Shown in pieces: positions 47,298 through 55,333 of a DNA stretch of 64,000 bases. Source of the DNA: Alphaproteobacteria bacterium (GTDB lineage Bacteria; Pseudomonadota; Alphaproteobacteria; Rs-D84); contig JAFWJF010000008.1 in assembly GCA_017511715.1 (NCBI GenBank), positions 22,656 to 86,655 of the forward strand, given 5' to 3'. Position 1 is the first letter of the stretch. The number at the start of each line of letters is the position of its first letter. Below the pieces are notes generated by a model. It ran no database searches. It was not told the DNA's origin and saw only the letters and a program-made list of their open reading frames with translations. Both the position numbers and the translations under genes were made by a program.

Positions 47298-48440
47298 ATG
47301 TCAACAACACGTGTATCTAATGCAAATATGATGACTTTGGGCGAAAAACTGTCGCGTTTTTCGTGGGCATTGTTTATACCAATGTGTGTTGTTTTGTTGT
47401 TTTCTGTCGTCGTATTATTCAGCGCAGGTAATGGTTCATGGCAACCTTTCGCCTTATCACAACTATTGAAAATATGCGTTGGTATGTGTATTTTCTTTGT
47501 TGCCGCATTTTCCAACATAAAAATTTGGATAAAATCGGCATATTTTATATACGCGATTGCGTTAATTTTAGTGTTATTAGTGACCTTTGTTGGCGATGTC
47601 GGTATGGGCGCGCAAAGGTGGCTTTCATTAGGTCCAATAAATATTCAGCCATCAGAATTTATAAAAATCGCCCTTGTTTTGGCGTTGGCGCGGTATTTTG
47701 CTTGGGCTAATAGTGTAGAAATCTCTCAATTCAAGAATTATTTAATTCCTGTATTGATGCTGTTGGTACCATTTATTCTTATTTGCGCGCAACCAGACCT
47801 TGGAACAGGAATATCGCTTGGTTTAATAACTGTCGGTATGTTTTATATTGTTGGGGCAAATAAAAAATGGTTTTTGATTGCTGGTATATTGGGTTTATTG
47901 TCATTGCCTGTGGTTTGGTATGGTGGTATGCACGATTATCAGCGTGCACGCATTATAACATTTATAAATCCTGAAATGGATGCGCGTGGGGCAGGTTATC
48001 AAATAAACCAGGCAAAAATAGCGTTTGGGTCCGGTGGTATTATTGGCAAAGGCTATATGTCTGGGACACAATCACAACAATCTTTCTTGCCAGAAAAACA
48101 AACTGACTTTATTTTCACCATGCTGGGTGAAGAATTTGGTTTTTTGGGGGCATTTATGCTGTTATCAATATATACTTTTATTGTAATTATGCTTTTTTGG
48201 GCGGCAAAAACCTGCAGAAATCGGTTTGGTCAATTGGTTTGTTTTGGTTTTATGTTGAACTTTTTCATTTATTATTTTATAAATATCTCTATGGTACTTG
48301 GGATATTACCAACCGTTGGTGTTCCATTACCTTTAATGTCTTTTGGTGGCAGCAGTTTGATATCTTTACTTTTCGGGTTTGGATTATGTCAAAATGCTCA
48401 TATCCACAAAGACCAACAACTATCGTCCAAAGGGTTTTAG
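47298..48440 (+). CDS. rodA: Peptidoglycan glycosyltransferase RodA (SEDS family)
   Basis: Polytopic SEDS protein with QPSEFIKIALVLALA, TDFIFTMLGEEFGFLG and GVPLPLMSFGGSS. Confidence 0.9.
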   Translation: MSTTRVSNANMMTLGEKLSRFSWALFIPMCVVLLFSVVVLFSAGNGSWQPFALSQLLKICVGMCIFFVAAFSNIKIWIKSAYFIYAIALILVLLVTFVGDVGMGAQRWLSLGPINIQPSEFIKIALVLALARYFAWANSVEISQFKNYLIPVLMLLVPFILICAQPDLGTGISLGLITVGMFYIVGANKKWFLIAGILGLLSLPVVWYGGMHDYQRARIITFINPEMDARGAGYQINQAKIAFGSGGIIGKGYMSGTQSQQSFLPEKQTDFIFTMLGEEFGFLGAFMLLSIYTFIVIMLFWAAKTCRNRFGQLVCFGFMLNFFIYYFINISMVLGILPTVGVPLPLMSFGGSSLISLLFGFGLCQNAHIHKDQQLSSKGF

Positions 48441-48443
48441 AAA

Positions 48444-50663
48444 ATGAATTTATTAATCGTAGAATCTCCATCAAAAGCAAAAACTATTGAAAAATACCTT
48501 GGAAAGGGTTGGCGCGTTATTGCGTCTGTTGGTCATGTGCGCGATTTAGTTCCAGAATCTGGCAGTGTGGATACCGAACATGATTTTGAACCAAAATGGC
48601 AGATTATGCCTGGCAAAGAAAAACAATTAAAACTGATTATTGATGAATTGAAAAAAGTCGATAATGTCTATCTTGCATCAGATCCTGACCGCGAAGGGGA
48701 AGCCATTGCATGGCATATCAACGATATTTTAACCGCGCGCAATGTATTGAAAGGAAAAAATGTTTATCGTGTCGCATTCCATGAAATTACTAAAAACGCG
48801 ATTGTTGAAGCATTAAAACACCCACGTGAAATTGATAATAATTTAGTAGATGCGTATCTTGTTCGCAGAATACTTGATTATTTAATAGGTTTTGGAATAT
48901 CGCCCTTGCTTTGGAAAAGAAACCTGGGCAAATCTGCGGGGCGTGTTCAATCTGTGGCGGTGCGCCTTGTTGTTGATCGCGAAAAAGAAATTGAAAGTTT
49001 CAAACCTGTTGAATTTTGGAGTATAAGCGCAAATTGTAATTTTGATAAAACTGATTTTGATGCGAACTTAATTAAGCATAATGGTAAAAAGATAGAAAAA
49101 ATGACCTTGGAAAACAAATCTATGGTCGATGAAATTGTTGATTCTGTGCAAACACCATTATCTGGGGTTGTGTCTAATATTGAAAAGAAAAAAGTACAAA
49201 GACGCGCATCTGCGCCGTTTACAACATCTACCCTGCAACAAGAAGCAGCGCGTAAACTTCACTTTTCATCAAAGCGCACTATGTCAACAGCGCAAAAATT
49301 ATATGAACAAGGTTTTATTACTTATATGCGAACAGATGCAACAAATCTTTCTAATGAAGCGGTTGCTGAAATACGCGAATATATCAAAAATGAATATGGC
49401 GATAAATTCTTGCCAAAAGCACCAAATATTTATGTGACTAAATCTAAAAACGCCCAAGAAGCCCACGAAGCAATTCGTCCAACACATTTTATAAGTCAAA
49501 AAACAGATTTATCTGGCGATGAATTGAAACTTTATAATTTGATTTGGAAAAGAACTGTTGCTTGTCAAATGAGCAATGCGGAATTTGATTCTGTGTCTGT
49601 TGATATAGATGTTGAAAAATCTGTTTTCCATTGTGTTGGCACTTCGCGAATTTTTGATGGCTTTATGAAGGTTTATATTGAAGATACGGACGACGAAAAA
49701 GAAAGTGATGATGTTAAATTGCCTGTATTAAATGTTGGTGATAAAATAAAAATTAAATCATTAAAAACAGAACAACATTTTACACAACCTCCGGCAAGAT
49801 TTACCGAAGCATCACTGGTTAAAAAATTGGAAGAATTGGGCATAGGTCGTCCATCAACATATGCAACGATTATGTCAACTATTGTTGACCGTAAATATGT
49901 TGAACAAGACAAACAACATCGTTTTCATCCAACAATTTCAGGGTGGGTTTTGATTTCTTATTTATCTAAATATTTCACAGATTTAGTTGATGTTAATTTT
50001 ACTGCCAAGACAGAAGATACTTTGGATGATGTTTCAAACGGAGAAAAAGACAAATTATCTTCTTTGCGTGCTTTTTGGGAACCAACAGATAAAACCATAG
50101 AATCTGTGCGTGGTATTAAAACAACCGATATAATAAATAATATAAACGAATTTATGAATTTTCACTTGTTTCATAAAACAGGCGATAAATGTCCAGAATG
50201 CGGTGGAAAACTTGGAATAAAGTTATCTAAATTTGGACCTTTTATCGGTTGCAGTAATTATCCAAAATGTAATTATACTATGAAATTATCTGATGATAAT
50301 GTGTCAGAAATTTCACCTGAAAACAATGCAGCAAAAGAAAAAGATTTAGGCGAAAATATAACATTCAAGATTGGAAAATATGGTCCATATGTGACAGATG
50401 GTGTAAAAAATGTATCTGCAAAAAAATATACAGCTGACACAATTACTCTGGACGCAGCACGTGAATTATTAAACGGCGATAAAAAGAAAATTGAACCGGT
50501 TATAATCGGTACAAATCCGGCAACAGATAAACCTATATATTATTATTCTGATGGTCGTTATGGTCCTTATATTTCATCTAATCGTGTAAATGTTTCAGTC
50601 AAAGAACAACCAAGTTTAGATGCTGCAATTGATTTAATTAATAACAAAAAAAACAAAGAGTAA
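48444..50663 (+). CDS. topA: DNA topoisomerase I
   Basis: Toprim LLIVESPSKAKTIEKYLG and DPDREGEAIAWH, active-site region ITYMRTD, C-terminal Zn ribbon CPECGG...CSNYPKC. Confidence 0.95.
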   Translation: MNLLIVESPSKAKTIEKYLGKGWRVIASVGHVRDLVPESGSVDTEHDFEPKWQIMPGKEKQLKLIIDELKKVDNVYLASDPDREGEAIAWHINDILTARNVLKGKNVYRVAFHEITKNAIVEALKHPREIDNNLVDAYLVRRILDYLIGFGISPLLWKRNLGKSAGRVQSVAVRLVVDREKEIESFKPVEFWSISANCNFDKTDFDANLIKHNGKKIEKMTLENKSMVDEIVDSVQTPLSGVVSNIEKKKVQRRASAPFTTSTLQQEAARKLHFSSKRTMSTAQKLYEQGFITYMRTDATNLSNEAVAEIREYIKNEYGDKFLPKAPNIYVTKSKNAQEAHEAIRPTHFISQKTDLSGDELKLYNLIWKRTVACQMSNAEFDSVSVDIDVEKSVFHCVGTSRIFDGFMKVYIEDTDDEKESDDVKLPVLNVGDKIKIKSLKTEQHFTQPPARFTEASLVKKLEELGIGRPSTYATIMSTIVDRKYVEQDKQHRFHPTISGWVLISYLSKYFTDLVDVNFTAKTEDTLDDVSNGEKDKLSSLRAFWEPTDKTIESVRGIKTTDIINNINEFMNFHLFHKTGDKCPECGGKLGIKLSKFGPFIGCSNYPKCNYTMKLSDDNVSEISPENNAAKEKDLGENITFKIGKYGPYVTDGVKNVSAKKYTADTITLDAARELLNGDKKKIEPVIIGTNPATDKPIYYYSDGRYGPYISSNRVNVSVKEQPSLDAAIDLINNKKNKE

Positions 50664-50666
50664 AAA

Positions 50667-50936
50667 ATGAATACAAATAAAAAATTTGATTTATATAAAA
50701 GTTTTCTAAAAACAAAACCTGTTCGTGTTGTCCGCAAAGATAACAAAGAAAATCATATTTGTCATATAGAAATGGAATATAAAATCGATAATCAACACTT
50801 GTTTGTTAATACTTTTATAAACGAAGATAAATCGTACGGCGCAACAATAAATAATTACAAAGGACAAAAACTCGCAAAGTTTAATAATCCATTTATTGCG
50901 AAAACATTGTATGAACACGGACAAAGACATTTATAA
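50667..50936 (+). CDS. Hypothetical 89-aa protein wedged between topA and dnaG
   Basis: It starts 3 nt after the topA stop and ends 2 nt before the dnaG TTG start. I recognised no family. Confidence 0.45.
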   Translation: MNTNKKFDLYKSFLKTKPVRVVRKDNKENHICHIEMEYKIDNQHLFVNTFINEDKSYGATINNYKGQKLAKFNNPFIAKTLYEHGQRHL

Positions 50937-50938
50937 AA

Positions 50939-52564
50939 TTGGCTAAATTTGATAATTCTTTTACTGATGAATTAAGACAAAGATTATCTTTGGTTGATGT
51001 GATTTCGCGTCGCGTACCACTTACTAAAAAGGGTCAAAATTATTGGGGCTGTTGTCCGTTTCATAATGAAAAAACACCGTCATTTTCTGTAAATGAAGAA
51101 AAAGGGTTTTATCACTGTTTTGGATGTGGTGAACATGGCGATATAATTTCTTTTACCATGAAATCTGAAAATATTGATTTCAAGGATGCTATTAAAGAAT
51201 TAGCAGATATGGCAGGACTTAAAATGCCTGAATACAAGAAAAAATCTGCAGCGCAAATTGAAAATGAAGAAAATTATATAAAAATAACTGAACGCGCAAC
51301 ACAAATTTACCAAGACTTATTGTACAGTGATATAGGACAACACGCGCTTCTATACATCAGAAACCGTGGCTTTGACGATGAAATGATAAAAAAATATCGT
51401 ATAGGTTATGCACCAAAAAATAATGTCATTTCATCTAAATTTAACGATGTTAAACGTGATAAATTAACATCAACTGGTTTGGTCAGAATAGGTGATTATG
51501 GTCCATATGATTTCTTTCGCGATAAATTGATGTTTCCTATATTCAACGCACACGGTCAGATTGTTGCTTTTTCTGGACGTTCATTGGATGGAAGTGAACC
51601 AAAATATATAAACACAACAGATACAGAATTATTCCATAAACGGCAAACTATATTTGGTTTTAATTTTGCACGCGACAGCATACACCGTGCAAACCGCAGT
51701 ATAGTGGTCGAAGGACAAATAGATGCAATTCAAATGCAAGTACACGGATTTGGTGAAACAGTTGCACCACTTGGGACCGCGTTAACAGAAGACCATATTG
51801 CGATTTTATGTAAATCTAATCGAAATATTACATTTTGTTTTGATGGTGATAATGCAGGGCAAAAGGCGGCTATACGTGCGTGTACGCTGTTTTTGCCGTT
51901 TTTGCGTGATACTTCTGATGTGCGGTTTGCGTTTGTTACTGGTGGAAAAGATCCAGACGAAATATTGAAAAATTCTGGTGAATCTGCAATGCGCAAAATC
52001 ATAGATAATGCGACACCATTGATTGATTTTTTATGGGAAAGTGTAAATAAAAATTACCTTGTAAATACGCCGGGGGGTCGCGCCCAGGCTGAAAAATACC
52101 TAAAAGACTGCACATCCAAGATAACAGATAAAATTTTCCAAAACGAAATAGAACAAGAATTTAATCAACGTAAATTCAATCAATGGCATAAATGGAAACA
52201 ACAAAAACATATAAAAACTGTTGAAGTACCTGATATAGATACTATGACAATAAATCTTATTAAATCTATTGTGCAGACGTATCCTGAATTGGCGGAAAAA
52301 TACACAGACTTTTTTGTTTCATTAAATATATCTTTTGATGGTGATGTACAAAAAACAGAACTTTCGTTAAAAGAAGCAGAAAAATTTGTTGTTTCTTTCA
52401 AATTACAAAGATATATAAAATTTTTGAATGATGAAAAATTACAACTCTTATCAAATATACCGGAAAATGCCGGTGATGATTATAGAAACAAATTGAAAGA
52501 AATTGATGAAAATATTATAAAAGCAAATGAAAAATTAGAATTATTACTTGATATGAACAAATAA
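50939..52564 (+). CDS. dnaG: DNA primase
   Basis: Zn-binding CCPFHNEKTPSFSVNEEKGFYHCFGCGEHGD and Toprim VVEGQIDAI ... FDGDNAG. TTG start. Confidence 0.93.
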   Translation: MAKFDNSFTDELRQRLSLVDVISRRVPLTKKGQNYWGCCPFHNEKTPSFSVNEEKGFYHCFGCGEHGDIISFTMKSENIDFKDAIKELADMAGLKMPEYKKKSAAQIENEENYIKITERATQIYQDLLYSDIGQHALLYIRNRGFDDEMIKKYRIGYAPKNNVISSKFNDVKRDKLTSTGLVRIGDYGPYDFFRDKLMFPIFNAHGQIVAFSGRSLDGSEPKYINTTDTELFHKRQTIFGFNFARDSIHRANRSIVVEGQIDAIQMQVHGFGETVAPLGTALTEDHIAILCKSNRNITFCFDGDNAGQKAAIRACTLFLPFLRDTSDVRFAFVTGGKDPDEILKNSGESAMRKIIDNATPLIDFLWESVNKNYLVNTPGGRAQAEKYLKDCTSKITDKIFQNEIEQEFNQRKFNQWHKWKQQKHIKTVEVPDIDTMTINLIKSIVQTYPELAEKYTDFFVSLNISFDGDVQKTELSLKEAEKFVVSFKLQRYIKFLNDEKLQLLSNIPENAGDDYRNKLKEIDENIIKANEKLELLLDMNK

Positions 52565-52634
52565 AAAATTCCCGGCTTTTTTGATAAAAAAACACAAAAA
52601 GACCGGGATTTTATTTATTTTTTATTTTTTATAA

Positions 52635-52660
52635 AAATACCGGCTTTTGCCGGTATTTTC
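52635..52660. terminator. Bidirectional terminator (ACCGGC-TTTT-GCCGGT) between dnaG and ychF
   Basis: A-run, 6-bp stem, T-run. A second imperfect hairpin (TCCCGG...CCGGGA) lies at 52572-52612. Confidence 0.7.
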
Positions 52661-52677
52661 ATTATTTTTTATATGTT

Positions 52678-53757
52678 TTATACATTAAACAAGAAATGAC
52701 AAATATCGCCTTCTTGCATAACATATTCTTTGCCAACAAGTCGCATTTTGCCGGCTTCTTTGACGGCAACTTCACCACCATATTGTAAATAATCGCTTGG
52801 TGAAATTATTTCAGCCCTAATAAACCCGCGTTCAAAATCAGTGTGTATTTTTCCGGCAGCCTGTGGCGCAGTCATGCCTTTATTTATAGTCCATGCATGT
52901 GCTTCCTTTGGACCAACCGTATAAAATGTTTGCAGACCAAGAGTGTCATATCCAGTATGTATTACTTGGTCAAGACCTGATTCTTTCAATCCTAATTCAT
53001 CAAGAAACATCTTTCGTTCATCAATATCAACAATTTGTGCAATTTCCATTTCTATTTTTGATGAAATTATCAATACTGGTGCTTTGCCTGAAAATTTTTT
53101 GCGAACCATATCTGAATATTTATTACCAGTGCTTGCAGCACTTTCTTCAACATTACAGACATAAATAACAGGCTTGCTTGTTAACAAATTGAAAGGTTTT
53201 GCATCTATATCTGTATCACGCGCCGGTACAGATTTTTCAAGACCAGATTTTATAGCATTTGCATCCGCTAATAATTTAGCAGCATTTTTGTCCAATCCAT
53301 GAACTTTCTTTTCAAGTTTTTTTATTTGATTATCCAAACTTTCCATATCAGCCAGCATCAATTCTGTTTCAATGGTTTCAATATCTGATAATGGATCTAT
53401 TTTTCCGTTTACATGCACAATATCATCATTCTCGAAACATCTGACCACATGAATAATTGCGTCTGTTTCCAGAATATTAGATAAAAACTTATTCCCAAGC
53501 CCTTCACCAGCAGATGCCCCCTTGACGAGTCCTGCGATATCAACTATTTCAAGTTGGGTTGGTATAATGCGTTCTGCGCCCGCCATTTTTGCTAAATCAT
53601 GTAATGTTTTATCAGGTACAACAACACGGCCAGTATTTGGTTCAATCGTACAAAATGGATAATTTTGTGCATCAGCCGCCGCGCTTTGTGTTAATGCGTT
53701 AAACAAGGTAGATTTTCCTACATTAGGTAAACCAACAATTCCACAATTAAATCCCAT
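52678..53757 (-). CDS. ychF: Redox-regulated ATPase YchF
   Basis: MGFNCGIVGLPNVGKSTLFNALT, with the coiled-coil insert and C-terminal TGS-like GFIRAEII. Confidence 0.93.
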   Translation of the reverse strand: MGFNCGIVGLPNVGKSTLFNALTQSAAADAQNYPFCTIEPNTGRVVVPDKTLHDLAKMAGAERIIPTQLEIVDIAGLVKGASAGEGLGNKFLSNILETDAIIHVVRCFENDDIVHVNGKIDPLSDIETIETELMLADMESLDNQIKKLEKKVHGLDKNAAKLLADANAIKSGLEKSVPARDTDIDAKPFNLLTSKPVIYVCNVEESAASTGNKYSDMVRKKFSGKAPVLIISSKIEMEIAQIVDIDERKMFLDELGLKESGLDQVIHTGYDTLGLQTFYTVGPKEAHAWTINKGMTAPQAAGKIHTDFERGFIRAEIISPSDYLQYGGEVAVKEAGKMRLVGKEYVMQEGDICHFLFNV

Positions 53758-53831
53758 ATCTTTTCACCAATTAAAGTTGTTTTTTATTTATAATTCTTTT
53801 ATTATGTTAATATAATAAGTTGGTTATAAAT

Positions 53832-54524
53832 ATGTCATACCTTTGGCAAGAATTCAATATAAAAACTTTTCCAGCAGAAACATTAGTTTTCCGCGATGGT
53901 GTTTTTTGTGAAGATTTATCAGAATATGAAAGTGTTAAATTTAATAAACAAGAAAATTTAATATCTGTTGATAAAACACCAAACTTGCCTGTTCATATTA
54001 TATATATAGGTGAAGCTAGCGGCAATATAGACTTTTATATCAATATAAATGCAGAAAATACAAATATTGTCCTTGATTGGAAAACAACTAATAAAAAGCC
54101 GGTTTTTTTCAATTTGTTTATAAAAAATTTTGGAAAAAACAGTGTATTGAATGGTCAAATCATAGATAAAAACTATGATAAATTGAAAATAAATGTAAAA
54201 GCCCAACATTTAACCGAAAATACCGGTATTTTTGTGAAAACACGTGTTGTTGCATATAAAAATACATCGACAGACCTGCAAGGCAGCGCGATAATAGAAA
54301 AAAATGCAACAGACTGTGATTCTGATATATCTTTTTCGGTAATGGCTGATGAAAGTGCAAAGATTATATTAAAACCAACACAATATATAAATTCTGCACC
54401 TAAAAAGGCTTCACACACTGCTTCACTTTATAAACCAAATGAAAATCAGATAAAATATCTGCGAACATCTGGTTTGGGCACTATCGAAATAAAACAAGTT
54501 ATGGAAGAGGCTTTCCTTAATTAA
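53832..54524 (+). CDS. Short SufD/SufB-like beta-helix protein (orphan)
   Basis: The C-terminal KKASHTASLYKPNENQIKYLRTSGLGTIEIKQVMEEAF parallels SufD DDVKCSHGATVGxxDxxQxFYLxSRGIxxxxAxxM. Only about 230 aa, with no sufB/C/S nearby. Start set at the ATG at 53832. Confidence 0.5.
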   Translation: MSYLWQEFNIKTFPAETLVFRDGVFCEDLSEYESVKFNKQENLISVDKTPNLPVHIIYIGEASGNIDFYININAENTNIVLDWKTTNKKPVFFNLFIKNFGKNSVLNGQIIDKNYDKLKINVKAQHLTENTGIFVKTRVVAYKNTSTDLQGSAIIEKNATDCDSDISFSVMADESAKIILKPTQYINSAPKKASHTASLYKPNENQIKYLRTSGLGTIEIKQVMEEAFLN

Positions 54525-54548
54525 AAAAAATACCCGGAAAACCAGGTA
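54523..54548 (-). terminator. Terminator of rpmJ
   Basis: Minus strand: TACCTGG-TTTT-CCGGGTA (one mismatch) followed by TTTTTTTT. Confidence 0.55.
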
Positions 54549-54580
54549 TAAAAACATCATCCAATAAATACATGGATATA

Positions 54581-54715
54581 TTATTTTTTCTTGAAGCCCT
54601 GTTTAGCCTTTAATTTAGGATTAGAAGGGTCAATCAATATAACTTGTTTTCCACGGCGAATTTGTTTAATGTTTCCGCGTTTTTTCCAAGCCTTTAATGA
54701 ACTTAAAAATTTCAT
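54581..54715 (-). CDS. rpmJ: 50S ribosomal protein L36 (Cys-less, YkgO-like type)
   Basis: Hand-translated 44 aa, MKFLSSLKAWKKRGNIKQIRRGKQVILIDPSNPKLKAKQGFKKK. Too short for the ORF track. It resembles MKVLxSLKxxKxRxxxxxxVxRxGRxYVIxKxNPRFKAxQG. Confidence 0.8.
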   Translation of the reverse strand: MKFLSSLKAWKKRGNIKQIRRGKQVILIDPSNPKLKAKQGFKKK

Positions 54716-54846
54716 GTCAAAATCCTTTTTACAGGGCGATTATATAACAGATTTCTAAAAAATCAAATAATTTATTATATTTATGTTATTGTTTTTATTT
54801 GGGCTGTTTATTTTATTAAAAACTTTTATTGACTTTTTATTAACAG

Positions 54847-54998
54847 TTTTTCAACAAAAAAACCGGCTTTTTCCGGTGTTTTTATAAAAAATGTTGAAAA
54901 ATAGCACAAAAAATAAACATGTTGAAAAAACCGGTGTTTTTAATATTTTCAACAATTTTTATGAATTTTACTTTTATGCTTGTTGAAAAATGTTGAAA
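54847..54998. repeat. Array of six TGTTGAAA(A) boxes upstream of virB3
   Basis: Direct copies at 54892, 54920, 54981 and 54991; inverted copies at 54847-54856 and 54946-54954. These form two inverted pairs plus a tandem pair 10 bp apart. Confidence 0.85.
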
Positions 54999-55008
54999 TT
55001 GTTATAAT
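54980..55008 (+). promoter_or_regulatory. Candidate sigma70 promoter of virB3-virB4
   Basis: TTGTTG, 17-nt spacer, TATAAT, then AGGAGA RBS at 55021 and TTG start at 55031. Confidence 0.45.
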
Positions 55009-55030
55009 TGAATCATCAAGAGGAGAGATT

Positions 55031-55330
55031 TTGAGGCAAAAGGTCCTGAAAGCTTTGGCAAACCCGGCGCGCATATTTTATGTGCCTTATACTCTTGCTA
55101 TCTTGAATTTCTTGATTTGGTTTATGGTATTTGTGATTGCTATTATATTATTTACAGTTTTACCACCTAATAATATACCAATGTGGTTACCGTTAGTTTT
55201 TTTGGGTATATTAGCACTTACACACAGTATATTGGCGTTTTATTCCAAAAAAGACCCACAGATATCACAACTTATATTTTCAAGTGTAAAAATAATAAAA
55301 AACAGAATACCAAGAAGACTAGTAGTATAA
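55031..55330 (+). CDS. virB3: Type IV secretion system protein VirB3
   Basis: LKALANPARIFYVPYTLAILN followed by two TM helices matches the VirB3 pattern (KGLTRPxxxxGVP). TTG start 4 nt after AGGAGA. It lies immediately upstream of virB4. Confidence 0.75.
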   Translation: MRQKVLKALANPARIFYVPYTLAILNFLIWFMVFVIAIILFTVLPPNNIPMWLPLVFLGILALTHSILAFYSKKDPQISQLIFSSVKIIKNRIPRRLVV

Positions 55331-55333
55331 AAA

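Noticed and set aside
54980-55030. First 17 codons of the listed virB3 ORF (MLKNVEIVIIESSRGEI)
   Set aside because: This stretch coincides with the -35/-10 and RBS elements. VirB3 similarity starts at ..LKALANPARIFYVPY, and a TTG 4 nt after AGGAGA gives a typical protein of about 99 aa.
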